Source: Paracoccaceae bacterium (GTDB lineage: Bacteria; Pseudomonadota; Alphaproteobacteria; Rhodobacterales; Rhodobacteraceae). From it: 60,604 bases of DNA. The position numbers were made by a program, and so were the translations under genes. Shown piece by piece: positions 59,712 to 60,604 of the stretch. Within the stretch, counting starts at the first letter, position 1. The number at the start of each line of letters is the position of its first letter. A model generated the notes under the pieces. It had not been told where the DNA came from. It ran no database searches and saw nothing but the letters and a program-made list of their open reading frames with translations. The DNA is taken from assembly GCA_009920775.1 (NCBI GenBank), contig RFZI01000001.1, forward strand, positions 1-60,604. The letters run 5' to 3'.

Positions 59712-60488
59712 TCAGAATCCAGTGCCAATCGGCATGAGTTGCACACGGCCGTTGCCAGTGAGAAGCCAGCAATCGCGCCCTTCAATCACCGCAGGGATCA
59801 GCGGGCGGCCAAAGCCCGCGCCGCCGTCAAGGTTGAGCCGATTGCCATAGTGGCAAGGGAAATCCAGCGCCGTGTGGCCATGCACGATCAGCTTGCCGTG
59901 ATCGCGCGGATCCTCGAGCCAGCCTTTTCGGATCCAGATCAGATCGTCCTCTTCTTGCCGCGCCATCTCGATCCCCGGACGGATTCCGGCGTGAACGAAG
60001 ATCTGATCGTCGGTCTCATGCCAAAGCGGGCGGCTGTCGAGGAAATCGAGGTGTGTTTCGGGAACGGCGCGGCGCGCGGCTTGCACAATCTCGTCCTGAC
60101 CGGATTGGGCCTCCGCAAAGACGCCATAGGAGGCGAGAGTGGTCGTGCCGCCAAGCGTAGGATGCAACCAGGTATTGCCCGAACTAATGCGGGCATCCGT
60201 TGCCGAACCATAGCGCACGAAGCGGGCAAACATCCGGTCATGGTTGCCACGCAGGACGGTCCAGTTGCGGCCCGCCTCGACGCCGTCGATCAGCCGCTCG
60301 ATCACGCCGCGGCTATCGGGGCCGCGATCAGTATAGTCACCGAGAAAGACGATTCTAGCGTCGCGGCCGCCGTCCTGCTCGATCAGGCGCAGAGCCTCGT
60401 CAAGCTGGCCAAGCTGGCCGTGGATATCGCCGATTGCATAGATCATTGCGGTCCGTCCCGTGTCGGGCGCCGCATAGCACAGGCGCAC
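59712..60488 (-). CDS. metallophosphoesterase (Ser/Thr phosphatase/ApaH-like)
   Basis: GDIHG, GDYTDRG and GNHD motifs. The ORF-track start is GTG at 60488; the more likely start is ATG at 60446 (MIYAIGDIHG). Confidence 0.75.
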   Translation of the reverse strand: MRLCYAAPDTGRTAMIYAIGDIHGQLGQLDEALRLIEQDGGRDARIVFLGDYTDRGPDSRGVIERLIDGVEAGRNWTVLRGNHDRMFARFVRYGSATDARISSGNTWLHPTLGGTTTLASYGVFAEAQSGQDEIVQAARRAVPETHLDFLDSRPLWHETDDQIFVHAGIRPGIEMARQEEDDLIWIRKGWLEDPRDHGKLIVHGHTALDFPCHYGNRLNLDGGAGFGRPLIPAVIEGRDCWLLTGNGRVQLMPIGTGF

Positions 60489-60512
60489 GGGGGCGGAAAC
60501 GGCGAACTTGGG

Positions 60513-60604
60513 TCAGTCGGCCTCGGGATCGGGCAGGAAGGTGTAGGAATGGCTGTTGATATCGCCGCTCCAGCGCCAGATGGCCACAAACCCCTCGGGG
60601 CCGG
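60513..60604 (-). CDS. 3' end of an unidentified CDS entering from the right window edge
   Basis: The minus strand reads ..GPEGFVAIWRWSGDINSHSYTFLPDPEAD-TGA (stop 60513-60515). GC3-rich, open to the window end. Too short to name. Confidence 0.35.
   Translation of the reverse strand, partial: GPEGFVAIWRWSGDINSHSYTFLPDPEAD

Overview
High-GC alphaproteobacterial (Rhodobacteraceae-like) chromosomal segment of 60.6 kb, centred on the replication core rpsT-dnaA-dnaN-recF ... gyrB. It carries about 60 protein genes. I found no rRNA, tRNA, CRISPR array, transposase or integrase.

Gene content, left to right:
- his utilisation: hutI/hutF/hutC
- 5-oxoprolinase: pxpBCA
- an M20 dipeptidase
- a ynjF-ynjBCD-like module
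- a RutR-controlled reductive pyrimidine cluster with an ABC importer
- a thuA/thuB-like pair
- a small flagellar locus: motB remnant, flgN-like, flgJ, fliK, flgD
- ubiE-ubiB, mutM, a crotonase
- the replication genes
- pncAB, arfB, yhhQ, recQ, yaaA, a thiolase, kbl-tdh
- a selenium module: FAD-oxidoreductase::SelD fusion plus SelU

Main observations:
1. Many genes are broken, mostly by internal deletions of roughly 75-200 bp. Affected are the beta-ureidopropionase-like amidohydrolase, an ABC permease, thuA, motB, an SLT lipoprotein and a phytase-like gene. recQ carries an in-frame deletion that removes the Walker A region.
2. A low-GC two-gene HicA-like/HTH module sits directly downstream of the ribosome-rescue gene arfB, possibly translationally coupled to it.
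3. Upstream of arfB lies a structured non-coding stretch. It holds a 17-nt perfect complement to the 16S rRNA 3' end, two anti-SD copies, an 18-codon ORF and an intrinsic terminator.
4. A preQ1-I-like riboswitch precedes yhhQ.
5. A perfect RutR box and repeated HutC-type operator motifs are present.

All functional calls come from reading the translations against remembered family motifs. No database search was run.
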